Of a DNA stretch of 64,000 nucleotides, positions 25,756 to 38,230 are shown piece by piece (positions within the stretch are counted from its first letter, which is position 1; each line of letters opens with the position of its first letter). A model generated the notes under the pieces. It was not told the origin of the DNA. It ran no database searches and saw only the letters and a program-made list of their open reading frames with translations. The stretch comes from an uncultured Nitrososphaeraceae archaeon (lineage in GTDB: Archaea; Thermoproteota; Nitrososphaeria; Nitrososphaerales; Nitrososphaeraceae), in the NCBI GenBank assembly GCA_963765895.1, contig CAVXZB010000048.1, positions 99,474 to 163,473 on the forward strand. The letters are read 5' to 3'. The translations under genes were made by a program, and so were the position numbers.

Positions 25756-26080
25756 TTCTTTCTATTGTAAGGCACCATTTTAAAAGTTTTTGTATCACTG
25801 GTCGTTTGACAATGTATAAGTTCTTATTATTTAGAACTTTTATTTTATTTATATAATAAATTCATTATATTTATAATAACCCAAAAATTTGATAGTAATC
25901 AATGTATTATAAGTCAATGTAATATAATAAAATAATAAATCTGAAGCTAGACCATATATAACCTGCGATTCGACTTTTAATAGATAACAAGTCATATACT
26001 TTTAAAATTATCTATGCGTAATCTGATCATTATAACTTTTGGCCAATAAAGATATTTTAATTCACTTCTAATATAGGATA

Positions 26081-26245
26081 ATGAAGACCAGACAGTATCA
26101 AAAGAAAAAACAAATTATCGAGAAATTCATAAAGAAATTTGGTAAAGTGGAACATTCTGTTATTTTAAACGAGGTAGATATAGATTATGACACTTTGATG
26201 AGTATATTAACAGAATTGCGTAAAGAAGGAGTTATTAAAAAATAA
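26081..26245 (+). CDS. Small winged-helix-like protein (54 aa)
   Basis: MKTRQYQKKKQIIEKFIKKFGKVEHSVILNEVDIDYDTLMSILTELRKEGVIKK. Confidence 0.6.
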   Translation: MKTRQYQKKKQIIEKFIKKFGKVEHSVILNEVDIDYDTLMSILTELRKEGVIKK

Positions 26246-26485
26246 TAGCATTATATAGTAAGATTCTGTAAAAAAAGCAATCAAAGTAGAATATTCAAAA
26301 ATGAGTTAGATTACCGATAGTCAAGCGAAAGACATGATTTTCTATTAGATATGAAATATAATACTCAGTCTTGAAATGTAAATTTCCAACTAATAGAAAA
26401 TTTCTCATATCAATTTATTAATAATAATTAGTAAAAACTATGAGACCGTAACTATTTGTATCTATACCCATTAAGTAGTAATCAT

Positions 26486-26629
26486 ATGAAAAAAACAAAG
26501 AAAAAACAGGAGCAGAGAAAAAAAATAGTCATCAAATTGGAAAAGATTGTGGGAAAGAGCGGTAAGGACGGTCGTATATATCTGCCAGGAAAATGGATTG
26601 GAAAGAAGGTTAAAGTGACTTTATTATAG
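26486..26629 (+). CDS. DUF2080/AbrB-like small basic protein (47 aa)
   Basis: EKIVGKSGKDGRIYLPGKWIGKKVKV matches the DUF2080 pattern. Confidence 0.65.
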   Translation: MKKTKKKQEQRKKIVIKLEKIVGKSGKDGRIYLPGKWIGKKVKVTLL

Positions 26630-26993
26630 TGTTAAATATTATTCATAGACAATCATCGTTTTATCTTTATTAGATTTTGGATATTATCACTTGCATAAAG
26701 ATGATATGAGTTTACAACTTTAACTTTTGAAAACGATAAAGTACCTATAAATGCAATTTATAAGAAAGGATTTAGACTGTAACTGCATTCTTGTCTTCAC
26801 TTGTCTTCATACATCTAATATATTACACTTATTATGTTTAGATCATGTGTCTTAAATTAAAGTTCTAACGCTCCAAATGATCTAGTAACAAAATTATAGG
26901 TAGGACATCATAAAGTATAACTACAAATTAATATATTATGTAGTATTGAATAGGCAGATCTATCATCATAAATAATATTGTATAGGATAAATA

Positions 26994-27206
26994 ATGTTTA
27001 TGTACCGAATTAATGTTCAAATTTTAACTATTATATGGTGGATTGGCGCAGTAGCTGCAGCGTATTCTTTCTTCATCCCAGTATACGAACAATATGTAAT
27101 AGTCGGAACCTCCGGTTGGGTTGTCATTGCAATAAGTACGGGATTGATAATATACGAGATAAAAAGAATAAAACAAGAAGAAAAAGAGAAGTTAAGAAAA
27201 GAGTAA
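26994..27206 (+). CDS. Small two-TM membrane protein
   Basis: Two hydrophobic helices and a charged tail. Confidence 0.7.
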   Translation: MFMYRINVQILTIIWWIGAVAAAYSFFIPVYEQYVIVGTSGWVVIAISTGLIIYEIKRIKQEEKEKLRKE

Positions 27207-27214
27207 AAATTATC

Positions 27215-27463
27215 TTATTCCTTTCCGCCTTGTTCTTCGATGACAACCAAAGTTACAGTAGATGTAATCCCTGGTATTTTTCTTATCTTATTTGTTATAG
27301 TGTGATTCATTATTTCTGTATTATCAGATTTTACTTTAACAAATACATCATGAACACCATAAGTTCCTCTTACCTCCTTTACGTCATTCAAATTAGATAT
27401 CTCGTCAATAATTTTCTCCTCAGAACCTAAGGTGCAGTTTACTAAAATATATGCTGTCGGCAT
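27215..27463 (-). CDS. Lrp/AsnC ligand-binding (RAM) domain protein
   Basis: AYILVNC..G.E...TYGVHD...IRKIPGITST.TL. Confidence 0.92.
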   Translation of the reverse strand: MPTAYILVNCTLGSEEKIIDEISNLNDVKEVRGTYGVHDVFVKVKSDNTEIMNHTITNKIRKIPGITSTVTLVVIEEQGGKE

Positions 27464-27562
27464 TTATTCAATTTATACTAACACGTTATTTAGTGTTTTC
27501 TGCAAACTTTCATTATTGTACGTCCAAACAAATGCATTAAAAAGATAGTAATTATAACGAAA

Positions 27563-28399
27563 CTACATTGCATGAAGCCTATAAACTTGACCAGTTTGTC
27601 TATTAGTATACTTCCATTCCTCAGTATTGTACATAATCTCTTTAAATTTAGACTTCATTTGTGGATGGAGTGAATTATATACATCATCGCCTATCATAAT
27701 GGTATTTGGATCGGTTAATGAAGTTATTTTTGCCGCTATACTCATGCAGTAACCAAGAACATCAATAGGAGAACTTTTGTCATGTCCATATTGCACGATT
27801 ACATTTTCACCTTCATCAATTCCAATCTTGACACTAAGTTCAGGATAATCATATTGATTCAATATAGGGTTAATTCCATTTCTGATTACAGTAATTATAG
27901 ATTGAGCGCATTGTACTGTTTTATCGCATGCTAATAATTTATTATAGTCTGATGAGAAGAATGCAATAACAGCATCTCCTACGTACTTTAATACATAACC
28001 ATTATAACTCTGAACTATTGAGGATATTTCGTATGAAAATGCCCTTATTATAGTTACTAGCTTATCTATAGGTAGAGTCATACTCATATTAGTTGAGCCA
28101 ACGAGATCCGCATACATGACTACTAATGAAATTTTTGAATTCACATGTTTTAAGAGAAAATTTTGTCCGGGTTTTAATGTTGAATCATATTGATAGTGCC
28201 TTTTTAAGGCACTCCAAATTCTATTCTGGGTTTGAGATACAAGTGTTTCAGTATCAACCATACTATGTTTTAAAATATTGTTTTCATCATTACCCATAAT
28301 CATATTAACTAGAGATTCAGTATTTTGTTCGCTCCTGATACCGCTTTTACCGTTGTTTAGACATTTCCTTTTATTATTATCGTCTTCTGAGATATGCAA
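27563..28399 (-). CDS. Class III adenylate/guanylate cyclase
   Basis: YADLVGST, KYVGDAVIAFF, KIGIDEG, DVLG. Confidence 0.92.
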   Translation of the reverse strand: MHISEDDNNKRKCLNNGKSGIRSEQNTESLVNMIMGNDENNILKHSMVDTETLVSQTQNRIWSALKRHYQYDSTLKPGQNFLLKHVNSKISLVVMYADLVGSTNMSMTLPIDKLVTIIRAFSYEISSIVQSYNGYVLKYVGDAVIAFFSSDYNKLLACDKTVQCAQSIITVIRNGINPILNQYDYPELSVKIGIDEGENVIVQYGHDKSSPIDVLGYCMSIAAKITSLTDPNTIMIGDDVYNSLHPQMKSKFKEIMYNTEEWKYTNRQTGQVYRLHAM

Positions 28400-29966
28400 T
28401 TAATACCAATTTTTATATCCTTTTATTAGATTTAAACATCTACTAAAATTCTAAATCAAAGACGATAACTATTAGGTAATTCATCATATTAATTAATTCG
28501 TGTAACATCAGAATACCATTATGATTCTCCCTAACTTTACCTAAACTAATTAATTATAACTTGGAAAATTAAGTTTTTCCAAAGGTTACTAATAAATATA
28601 ATTTATATACATTTTGTAGAATCTAATTATCAGGATCTAAATATGGTCGAGGCCAGACTCAGTCGCTTTATAGAACAATATAAGGAAATGCTACAATTTC
28701 AAAATAACATCACCCAGAAATATAAAGAGCAATTTACTAATTGGTACGAATAATCCACCAACTTCAGAAAATAAAATAGTACAAATTATTATTCAATAGA
28801 AATCAGAGATGTCATTGTTATCCTACTAAGCTAATATCATATATAAAATGCCATACTGTCAATATGTATTACTCTCTAAAAGAAAATAAAGGAGTGTGAG
28901 ATAATGCATGTTTAACAATACCAGTATAACAAATTTATTTAGTAGACAAACTGATGGTATGAAACGGTACAAATGTCTTTTCTCTGCTCATTAAATAATT
29001 TCGTATTAATTACTAAATTCAACCTAAGTCCAAACGGAAGATATATTGAAGATGGGAAGCTTTTTCGATTAGATTCGTTTGGTTTAGATAGATATACCAT
29101 AATAATTATCTAATGTTTATTCATAAGATATATTCTACCTGTCCAGATATACATATATCAGGTCTTAGAAAAATTAAGAAAATATCGTCATAGCAGTAGC
29201 AATAAACTATTGTATGTAAATAGAAATGTTAGTAGCCAAACTATATCTTTATAATTAGGAACATGAAATGTCCAATTTCTGTTTTTGTATCTGATTTAAG
29301 GTACCGATTGATTTCTAAGAGCAATTCAACTTCATGCCCTACAAATAGATATAAATCAGCTGATTTTTTATAGCTATTGTAGAGATCCAACAGCAGTATA
29401 TGCCTTTTGTACAAACTCCCTTAGCTTTGATTGAATTCGGACAATTTATCTAATTTGTTAGCTATGATATAACTTAACATTCCAAATCCTACCAAGGTAA
29501 GAGTAACAAATCCTATTTCTGTTACCATTGATATTGCATTACTGTTAGATAGAAATTAGTATAAGACAACTGAGCAGTTGGCCTTATTTCTGATCTTATA
29601 AATTCATACCTATAATATATAGCTCCTGCAATGCCGATGATTACTATGCTCGTAGCCACAATAGTAACGAATTATATTTAGAATTAAGGAAGCCAATTCG
29701 TTTATTATACCTATTTTTTGATGAATTTCCCATAAACTGTATCCGCTTAGCCACTCCTAATTGAAAGCAGACTATCACATATTATCTAATGAATCTTCCT
29801 TAAGATTGATAACTCCTTAAACAGTACAATATGTGTTGATGGTATATCGACTAAGTTCGAAGGTGTTGACACTTTGATGATCACTGTTTAGGTAGCATAT
29901 TTTATAACAAGTTTCGTATCCGGTTTTAATGAGATCTTAAAATAAGGCAAAGCTTTATGTTCTTTT

Positions 29967-30278
29967 ATGGCAAAAGTAATTGTCGGAAAAACCTCTGACA
30001 TACCTGAAGGAAAAATTACCCATATAACCGCAGGTGGCAAAGAAATACTAGTTGCCAATGTAAATGGAAGCTATTATGCTACAAATAACATTTGTACTCA
30101 TGCAGGAGCTGAACTTCATGATGGTGGAGAGCTTAATGGTAAGGAATTAACATGTCCCTGGCATGGTTCAAAATGGGATGTAACTACAGGTGATCTAATC
30201 TGGTTTCCACAGAAACTTCAGTCGCTCGGATCATATAAGATTACGTTAGAAAATGATACTATTTACGTAGAGGTTTAA
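29967..30278 (+). CDS. Rieske [2Fe-2S] ferredoxin
   Basis: CTH...CPWHGS. Confidence 0.93.
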   Translation: MAKVIVGKTSDIPEGKITHITAGGKEILVANVNGSYYATNNICTHAGAELHDGGELNGKELTCPWHGSKWDVTTGDLIWFPQKLQSLGSYKITLENDTIYVEV

Positions 30279-30517
30279 TCATATTAAGTTACTAATCGAA
30301 TATCCATAGTTACAAATTTAGGGATTTTCAATACTATTCTAACTCTAATATTGAGCTTGGCCAAATTATTATGATGGAATTTGAATTTGATTACAATTGT
30401 ATATCCAGACAATAATAATGAATCATTAATATATAAAAAACACAAAATTGTTCGGCTATTCTTCACAAACGATAATTTAGATATAATGGACTGAAGATAA
30501 CAAATAAATAATTTAAT

Positions 30518-31243
30518 ATGAATGAAAAGAAGTGTTGGAATAATGATTTTATTACAATCTCAAGAAAATTTTTTGATTTAACTCATATCATAAATAAAAA
30601 TATATCAGTATATCCAGGTGATCCCAAAACAATATTTGAGTCAGTTACAAAGATAGGAAAAGATGCAAATGCCAATATTACACGCATAACGATAGGCTCA
30701 TACCGGAACACATGTAGATGCCCACAAACACTTTATACCCAATGGAATTGAAATTGACAGAGCCTCCAGATAAATTTATTGGCGAAGCAGTTGTCCTAGA
30801 TATGTCCACAATTTAAAATGGGCATGGAATTACAAGTTTGGATTTGGAAAAGTATATAAGTATAGTAAAATCCGGAGATATTGTTTTACTTTATACTGGT
30901 ACAAGTCACAAATTGTATTCGAACGGTGTGGAAATAGCAATAAAAATGAATATGAAAAGACAGGAAGTAATTTTATATATTTGGAACCTTCTGCTGTAGA
31001 CTGGATTGTAAACCACAACATAAAATGCGTAGGAATAGATATATTGAGTATAGAAAGGGAGGATTTCACTGAAGGAATAATACATAAAAAATTGTTGTCT
31101 CATGATATAGGAATAATTGAAAATCTTAACTCGAATCTACGAAGATTTGTGGTTAAAAGAATTTTTTTATCTGCTTACTATTATTATTTTGGGATTTAGA
31201 CCGATCGCCAGCTAGAGCAATAGTCTTTGATATTATGATATAA
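30518..31243 (+). pseudogene. Cyclase / kynurenine formamidase family, disrupted
   Basis: VYPGDP, HTGTHVDA, VGID, IIENL, SPARAI spread over several frames with stops. Confidence 0.85.
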
Positions 31244-32088
31244 CATAAGAAATGACGGAATTGTCTTCAATTAAATCAATACAAATGTCACCAATCGTAG
31301 ATCATAGTTTGTCTGGACTACGTCAATCCTTTGCTTTATTATCCTTAAATGCTAGCAATTTTCACCGGTGACGACCTCCTGGGGCCCCATTAATTGCCAC
31401 CTCCTCATTATCTAATTTATCTTTACTGTTCTTGTGAAATGCCGCTAGATCCAAATCTCTACAATTGTACAGATAGAAGATCGAGCATAGCGGCACTATA
31501 CCTTATCCAAGTATGTTCTGTCGCATACCATAAAACATTCTCTGCACAAGTCACACCTCTATGTGTGATACTGGTTACTAGTAGGTTCAAACCTACGACT
31601 GTCCTTGATAAGAGATCGAATTAAATACAGTAACCTTATAAGACAAAATCAGTATGATCCGGCGAGTACCTGTAGAGCAACTATAATATAATGTCTGGCC
31701 AACATCTCTTACAAGATATAAACATTTCATATTGACCTCTTGTGAAAAGAGTATCGTGTGAATTAGTCGTACGACCATTAGATTACTATTGATTTGCAGC
31801 CTGATATCATCAAACTTGGATGCACTTGATGTAAATCATTGAAAGCATTAGTCAACGTAAAGATCTAAATATGAAATCCTCAATATTGTAATTCTCTGTT
31901 CTGATAAAGATCCATTAGCAAATACAGCTATTGCAGAGCAGCATTATTCATATTCTTAATCTTTAATGTACCCATAGAATTATAGAAAGACAATATACAG
32001 TTCGTGCTCAGAAGTCAATAACAGGCAATTTACTAACATCAACTATTTATGTCTGATCTATATAGCGCCAAGTGCGGTTAGAGCTCGT

Positions 32089-32160
<72 letters not shown>

Positions 32161-32184
32161 TCAAGTTCACAAATGAAGTCTTAT

Positions 32185-32319
32185 TCATTCATTCATAGTA
32201 TAGTATGTGACCAGAGAAGCAGCATGTGCTGCTTGAACTGAGCTAGATACTGCAATTCCTAATACGCCTGCAATCAAGGCAGACAGTATTGCAAGGAATT
32301 TTCTCGTTATGAAAAGCAA
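32185..32319 (-). CDS. Micro-ORF consisting mostly of a signal peptide (44 aa)
   Basis: MLFITRKFLAILSALIAGVLGIAVSSSVQAAHA-ASLVTYYTMNE. Confidence 0.45.
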   Translation of the reverse strand: MLFITRKFLAILSALIAGVLGIAVSSSVQAAHAASLVTYYTMNE

Positions 32320-32768
32320 CTATCTGTAGCATGTAAGTCTTCTAATTGCGTACTATGCTATAATGAGCCAACTTAAGTAACATGTATAGGCTGCCACAAT
32401 TACTGACTTCATTGGGATCACTTAACCTAGTTGTAACCCAGATACGTTCTGTCTAGTAGTATTAGCGGGTTTTTATGCTCCAATCCTTATTACTTTTATC
32501 TATTTTGACCCTTATTTTAGAAAGGACTACTCATGTTCTATAGAAATCCTATAGAATGAGCTTAATTTACTATAATGAATTGATGTAAAGGATTCATGTC
32601 AGAATATTCTGTTAAATTGCCACAAAAAACCCTTCGTAACCTAAAAGATAACTATATACAATACAATATATGTTTGAGAAAAGACCTATCTGTAATTGGA
32701 TTTACAAAAAAATAGGATCTGAGCATTATAATATCTCTAAAACGTTGGTTAAGTTCAGTTCATATAAT

Positions 32769-32942
32769 ATGCCAGAAACAATTTGCAGACGATGTGGTTC
32801 AGAACTGGACATTACTATATCTACTTGTAAATTGTGTAATCAACCCTTAAAATTTGGTTGTCTGTCCTGTGGGCATATAGAAGACGAAAAGGTCCATTTA
32901 GACTGCAGAAATGCAGAATATCTGTTACCAACTAACAATTAA
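32769..32942 (+). CDS. Small zinc-finger protein
   Basis: CRRCG, CKLC, CLSCG, H..C; start at ATG 32769 preferred. Confidence 0.75.
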   Translation: MPETICRRCGSELDITISTCKLCNQPLKFGCLSCGHIEDEKVHLDCRNAEYLLPTNN

Positions 32943-33009
32943 CTATATCCTAGTTATAATTTCCTGCAGAATGTAATTTGACGTTTCTTGTTGTAATTAC
33001 TGGATGTAA

Positions 33010-33321
33010 TTACTGGGTATTGATTTCAATAATTGCATTGTTATCGTCACTATTACTACCGCTACCACCACCCTGATGTTCATGATGCTGATTGTTATTA
33101 CTACTGGTAATGTGATGTTGAGGTTGATTATCTCCATTATTAGATGATGCTGATGAAGTTGGTGTAATTGGAGGATAAGATGAATCAGAGTGATTTGCGT
33201 CTTTTTCTACGATCTTCGCATATAGCGGAGTAGTAAGGTTATGTGGTAATAAAGACGCCGCAAAAGATAATGCCACTAGCGTTAGCATAAACAATTTTCC
33301 ATTTGTAGAGATATAAGCCAA
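33010..33321 (-). CDS. Small secreted low-complexity (S/N/H-rich) protein
   Basis: Hydrophobic N-terminus then polar low-complexity tail. Confidence 0.55.
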   Translation of the reverse strand: MAYISTNGKLFMLTLVALSFAASLLPHNLTTPLYAKIVEKDANHSDSSYPPITPTSSASSNNGDNQPQHHITSSNNNQHHEHQGGGSGSNSDDNNAIIEINTQ

Positions 33322-34045
33322 TCTTATATCCTAAAGTGGGATTATTATATGTGTATTAAGATACTTATGTAGATCATAATAAACCTGCTATTTATTACAA
33401 AAGACACTTTAATAAAGAAATATTATTCGATTTAGAAGATGGCATGAATTATGCATGTCAGTTGAGATGATAATTACATTATTAATAATTAAATGTCAGA
33501 TTCAGTTAGTTTGTATTTTGATTCATAATATAATATGACTAGGTTTATCTGTGTATAAGTTGGTCGTGGATACCAATTTATTGATATGTCTATTTCTTTA
33601 AAGATAATAAATTCAATTGACCACTGTATAGTAAATTTTCAATATTAGAATCCATTATTATTATTATACTCTCATTCTGACATTTTATAGTGCACCATCG
33701 CTATCACCGGGGATAGATATAGCCATCTGTGCTCTAGTTGATGTTTATGTCTATGTTTTTAGTCTTTTATTACTTGTCTCTTGCCTAAATTCTTCTGCTG
33801 TCTCTGGCCCAGGAGTTTGTGCCTTAACTACTTCCTCTTTGCGTTTTGTTATTTTTATTCTTCGTTGGCTGATATCTTCTGTCATATCGATATCAATACT
33901 TTGGCTTTTATGATATTTTAACCAGTCGATACTTTCTAGTATGATATGAGTATAAATTTCGATTGTCTAATTACCAGTGATTTCTCGTGATACTTGAAGT
34001 TGTTGATTATTATGGCATTGGATAGCATTCATACTCTTGTTATAA

Positions 34046-34659
34046 TCACATTTTATATCCTACCAATAAAGCAAATTCAAGCCATTTCCAATAACAGTCT
34101 ACGTCTACAAAACCAATATTCATAAGCCATTGAAGCCGATTTCTACAGGTAAGAACCTATTGGTGCTGTCTCTTTTATTGGCATGACGTATAGCTTTGAG
34201 GAATTTTTATGTTGTTCCACTGAAGGTGATGATACATGATCTAAATTATAAATGCCACCAGTAGGATAAAGCATATCGTAAATTTCTTCATAAAGAGGTG
34301 TTTTCTTTTATCCGTCAAGTGATGTATTGTAAAACGTGATATTATTGCACCAAAGTATCCTATATCAGGCAATGGAATATCGAGATTGTGTTCTATGACT
34401 TAACAGTAGAATCATTCGGAAAGTTATCTTTCATAGCCTTAATCATAATGGGAGATATATCTAATGCAACTACCTCGATATTCTGAGATAAACTAGCCTT
34501 TATCAATTTAATCAATCGCCCAAAAACTTTTTTGACATCTGTAGAAATATGTTCGATTAAAACTGCTTCATGTGCGGATCTGTGCGGATATCATCTGCTG
34601 CCTCTGGATAATTTAAAAGCATGTTTATGATCAGACCATTACTTTGATTGATGAGTCAT
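34046..34659 (-). pseudogene. Class I SAM-dependent methyltransferase, disrupted
   Basis: VVALDISP.M, FTIHHL, NLDHV, GFVDVDCYWKWLEFALL; motif I missing; stops and frameshifts. Confidence 0.8.
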
Positions 34660-35643
34660 ATTTTCTTCATTTATTTATTTTTTAATAATATCGTGATACA
34701 TGATAAAGTTACCTAATGAAAAGTGGAACAAGTTTATTGATCATTATAATAGAGCGAATCTTAACTAGTCATAGATTATGAATAATGATAATGACATCTA
34801 GTATTTCTATTATTTCTTAATAGCCAAGAGCTGTAATATAATAAGCCGCCGTATACATTTGCATAATTAAATTGGAATGTAATGGAATAAAGAACACAAT
34901 GTAAGATTATTTGAAATGCCAACTTAGGCAATTTAGTATTAACAAGCCATGATCTCTGAATTTGTGAGTATAAAAGCTTAACAATCTTTTTTCAGCTATA
35001 TTGTTTGATACGCGTAATCTTGCTTGTAATGCCGCATTGGCTGTTCTGAAGTTCTTACATCGACTACTGAATCTGAATTGTATGAAAAACTTCTTCTAAC
35101 TAATATAGAAACAGTACATAGATCTGCCAAACGAGACTTAACTTGCAAATTTTGAAGTCAAAGAAAGAAAAGAAGTCTATTGTAATAAGAAAAGAATAAA
35201 ACTAGAATATTATATTATTTATCCTCAAAGTTATTTTGGGTAGCAGTTACAAATAGTTCGTATCTAGGGTAGTGGCAGATATAGTTTTAACTTCGCTGAA
35301 GCGCAGAATACTGACTGGACATATTGTGCGGAAGCTGATACTGAAATTGTTTGAAGCTAAAAGATAGATGCATGATCGAGTTTGAAAGGTTCTTAATGAA
35401 TTATTCGACCCACGATAACAGTGGAAGATCTACTGTTCATCAAAAGAGCGGGTTATTAAGTTGTAATGATTAATGATTAACGTTGTTAACTCAAGTTTAT
35501 TAGTTATGCGTCTAAAAAATATTAATGTGTCGTTAAGAAAGTATATCGTTCTGCATGTAATGAGAGAATCAAGGAGATTTTGATGGTTGAATACAAAAAA
35601 GAGAAATTGTTGCATGATCGATCTGGTAGTGATATAAATTAAG

Positions 35644-35895
35644 ATGAATATTGCTAATACTGAGATACCATCTGTAATGATAGCCAGAACTTGTAGTTGC
35701 AAAGCTAGGGTCAGAAAAGTAACATACGCATTTGTAGATCAGTATTACACAATTTGTCTCGATAAAAAGGATATATTACAAGCTGAATTGGAAGCATGTG
35801 AAAAGCTATTAAAATATTCTAGAGATGAAACTGATAGATGTGCAATTGAATCAGAAATAGGAGAATTAAAAACTGCACTAGATCTTATGTCTTAA
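35644..35895 (+). CDS. Hypothetical protein
   Basis: 83-aa ORF with CxC motif and helical C-terminus. Confidence 0.7.
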   Translation: MNIANTEIPSVMIARTCSCKARVRKVTYAFVDQYYTICLDKKDILQAELEACEKLLKYSRDETDRCAIESEIGELKTALDLMS

Positions 35896-36430
35896 CTAGC
35901 TGTTGTACATCAGCATGCGGTACAATTTTAGCTCTTATATGGATTATGCTTATAATAGAAGTGTCTTCATATAAAAATAAAGTTCAATCATACACGAAAT
36001 GTAATAGACTGGTTAATATTGTGTCTAATATTTGTAAAAAATCTAGTGTCCTAGAGGATATATTACAAATGGGTAGTAGGTGCGGACAGAAAAGTAGAGA
36101 AACTATCAGGAGTCTATAAAAAGCCCTTGTCGTGTTTCTTTATGGTTGAGGTGTGGCGATTCCATAATTCTATTATTTTATTCTGTTATGCATGTACCTG
36201 TTGATTATTTGATATATTGAAAATTCACGCTTGCAGAATATCTTAATCGTATTCGCACCATAAATTGCGGTTTAAATAAGATTATGTAGTCAATATTTCT
36301 TCACATCTAAAGATGATACATTTTTCAATATTATGTAATCTCTTTTTAAATATATATAGGAAGTGTTATCTTTTACTGTTATTTTCAACCCAATAGTTAA
36401 TATTGTTGTTTATTAATTTTAAAAGAAGTA

Positions 36431-36877
36431 ATGGAAGAGAGGGACTTCCTTTATGAGATGTGTTTAGCTGCGTTATGTATGAGTAGAGACGTAAAGTTCG
36501 CGGCTGTTATAGACAATAATGGAAAACTAATTGTTGGTAGATATAGAAAGAAAATTCAAAATAAACCAGCCCGGCTATCAGACGATATAACAGCAACTGC
36601 CGCCTTTTGTCAATATAATACTAATTACGTTTTTTATACCAAGTACTTAATTCCCTCAATAAAAAATATTAACGATGGAAAACGATCTAATGCAGATAAT
36701 ACAGAGACTGTTCATTTCGGACTCGCAGAAGTTCATGGTAGTCTTAAGATAGCTATAACACCTTTGACTGAAAGTAATGATAGATATCTTTGTATATATT
36801 TAGAATCTTCTTCGCCGAACCAAGAACTACTTGCAAAGCTGAGCAGTTACCATTTAACTCATATTAACTCATATTAA
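36431..36877 (+). CDS. Roadblock/DUF6659-like protein
   Basis: VKFAAVIDNNGKLIVG...YLCIY. Confidence 0.7.
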   Translation: MEERDFLYEMCLAALCMSRDVKFAAVIDNNGKLIVGRYRKKIQNKPARLSDDITATAAFCQYNTNYVFYTKYLIPSIKNINDGKRSNADNTETVHFGLAEVHGSLKIAITPLTESNDRYLCIYLESSSPNQELLAKLSSYHLTHINSY

Positions 36878-36883
36878 CTCATA
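36854..36883. repeat. 10-bp tandem repeat x3 over a stop codon
   Basis: TTAACTCATA x3. Confidence 0.85.
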
Positions 36884-37199
36884 TATAGCTATCTTAGTCA
36901 AAATCACTTTATATCTTAATCTAAATTCGGTCAAATCAATCAATCGACACATCTGCTATCTGTTTAAATGCTTTTGTAGTTACACAGAATTGTGTAAGCA
37001 ATATAGGTTGGCTATTACCAAACGCTCTAATCTATCTTGTGAAAAAATTGTGTTCTAATCTAAAAAAATGTCTATATTGATATATCCATTTTGTAAAATC
37101 GTGACTAATTGGTAAGACTGGATTTTGAATATCATAATCATGATTATTTACAATAGAACATGTTCATATATGCGTTCTTAAAGACTCGGCAACTATAAT

Positions 37200-37960
37200 A
37201 TCACGCGAATGCGAATGCTCAAATATCATAAAGACCATCAGTTGATATTATAAATAGAGAAAATACCTGGGTCTTCTTAGACAGTTTACAGAAAAGAGAC
37301 TCTAATTTACTGCACAAATTGATAAGGATTTCTCTATACAGATTCATTTACTAAAAATTTATTAGATGGCTATATTATCTGATGCAGAATATAGCAAAAA
37401 ATCTAAACCAAAAGTTATAGAGAATATTCTCCATCTGAAAAGAAAAATCAATCTATATACTTGATTTATGGGCTATATAAGATGATCTTCTCTTTCTATG
37501 GACTATCCTACAAGAGAGAACAGACTCTTTTAATGCCATAACACATGATACTAGATACATATAACATGAATTATTAAAACTAAGAATAAGAGTTATCGTT
37601 TTTAAGACTATCTGAGATAGACAGTACGCCGAAGATCTAGTTAACGGAAAGGCTGATTCAAACGAATTACTATTCATATATTCTACTATATATCAATGAT
37701 TACTTGGACCATGAATACACACAATCAGAAAATCTAAATGCTATTCTCATTTGTGGGATTGGAAAAAGCTTAGGAAGAGTTGGATATTAATCTCTTTACA
37801 AGATTATGCTAGTGATTACAAGAAATCATTATTTCATATTGTTAGAAACAACATTTCATTTGAAGACAAGCAAAAGATTAGAGAGGACTGCTAAATAAGC
37901 CATCGAACCCAGACCTGACGACAGAAAGATACAGTACCTTATTACCATGGCTGCAGTAAC
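37200..37960 (+). pseudogene. Heavily decayed tyrosine recombinase/integrase
   Basis: Fragments VFLDSLQK, RWLYY, KPKVIENI, DDLLFL, HELLKLRI..IVFKT, RQYAEDLVNGK, DYLDHE, NAILICGIGKSLGR, EDKQKIR. Confidence 0.7.
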
Positions 37961-37987
37961 AATTAAAAAATGTGGATATATATTTTA

Positions 37988-38230
37988 CTAACCACCCACC
38001 TTACTTTTGAGGCCTCCACCAACTGTTTTGTTAGCTGTTTGATTACCACTCATGACCTGTCCCGCAATTTTTTGTGCAGCCTGTCCAACTTTTTGACCTA
38101 TAGGACCAGCAGTAGTCTGAGCCAGTGTTGTCTGTAGAATCCGACCTATTACCAATGTCCCTGCCATCACAATTATTATTGTAAGCAGGGACACTGTCAA
38201 ATATTTGTGATTCTCTCGGTTATTGTACAT
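37988..38230 (-). CDS. Small secreted/membrane-anchored protein
   Basis: Signal-like N-terminus ending TLA; G/Q/K-rich tail. Confidence 0.65.
   Translation of the reverse strand: MYNNRENHKYLTVSLLTIIIVMAGTLVIGRILQTTLAQTTAGPIGQKVGQAAQKIAGQVMSGNQTANKTVGGGLKSKVGG

Noticed and set aside
31300-31900. Slightly GC-rich stretch as ncRNA or gene relic
   Set aside because: No tRNA/SRP/RNase P motifs and no protein motif I can support
33751-33885. 44-aa minus-strand ORF (MTEDISQRR...)
   Set aside because: Plausible, but no motif or other support
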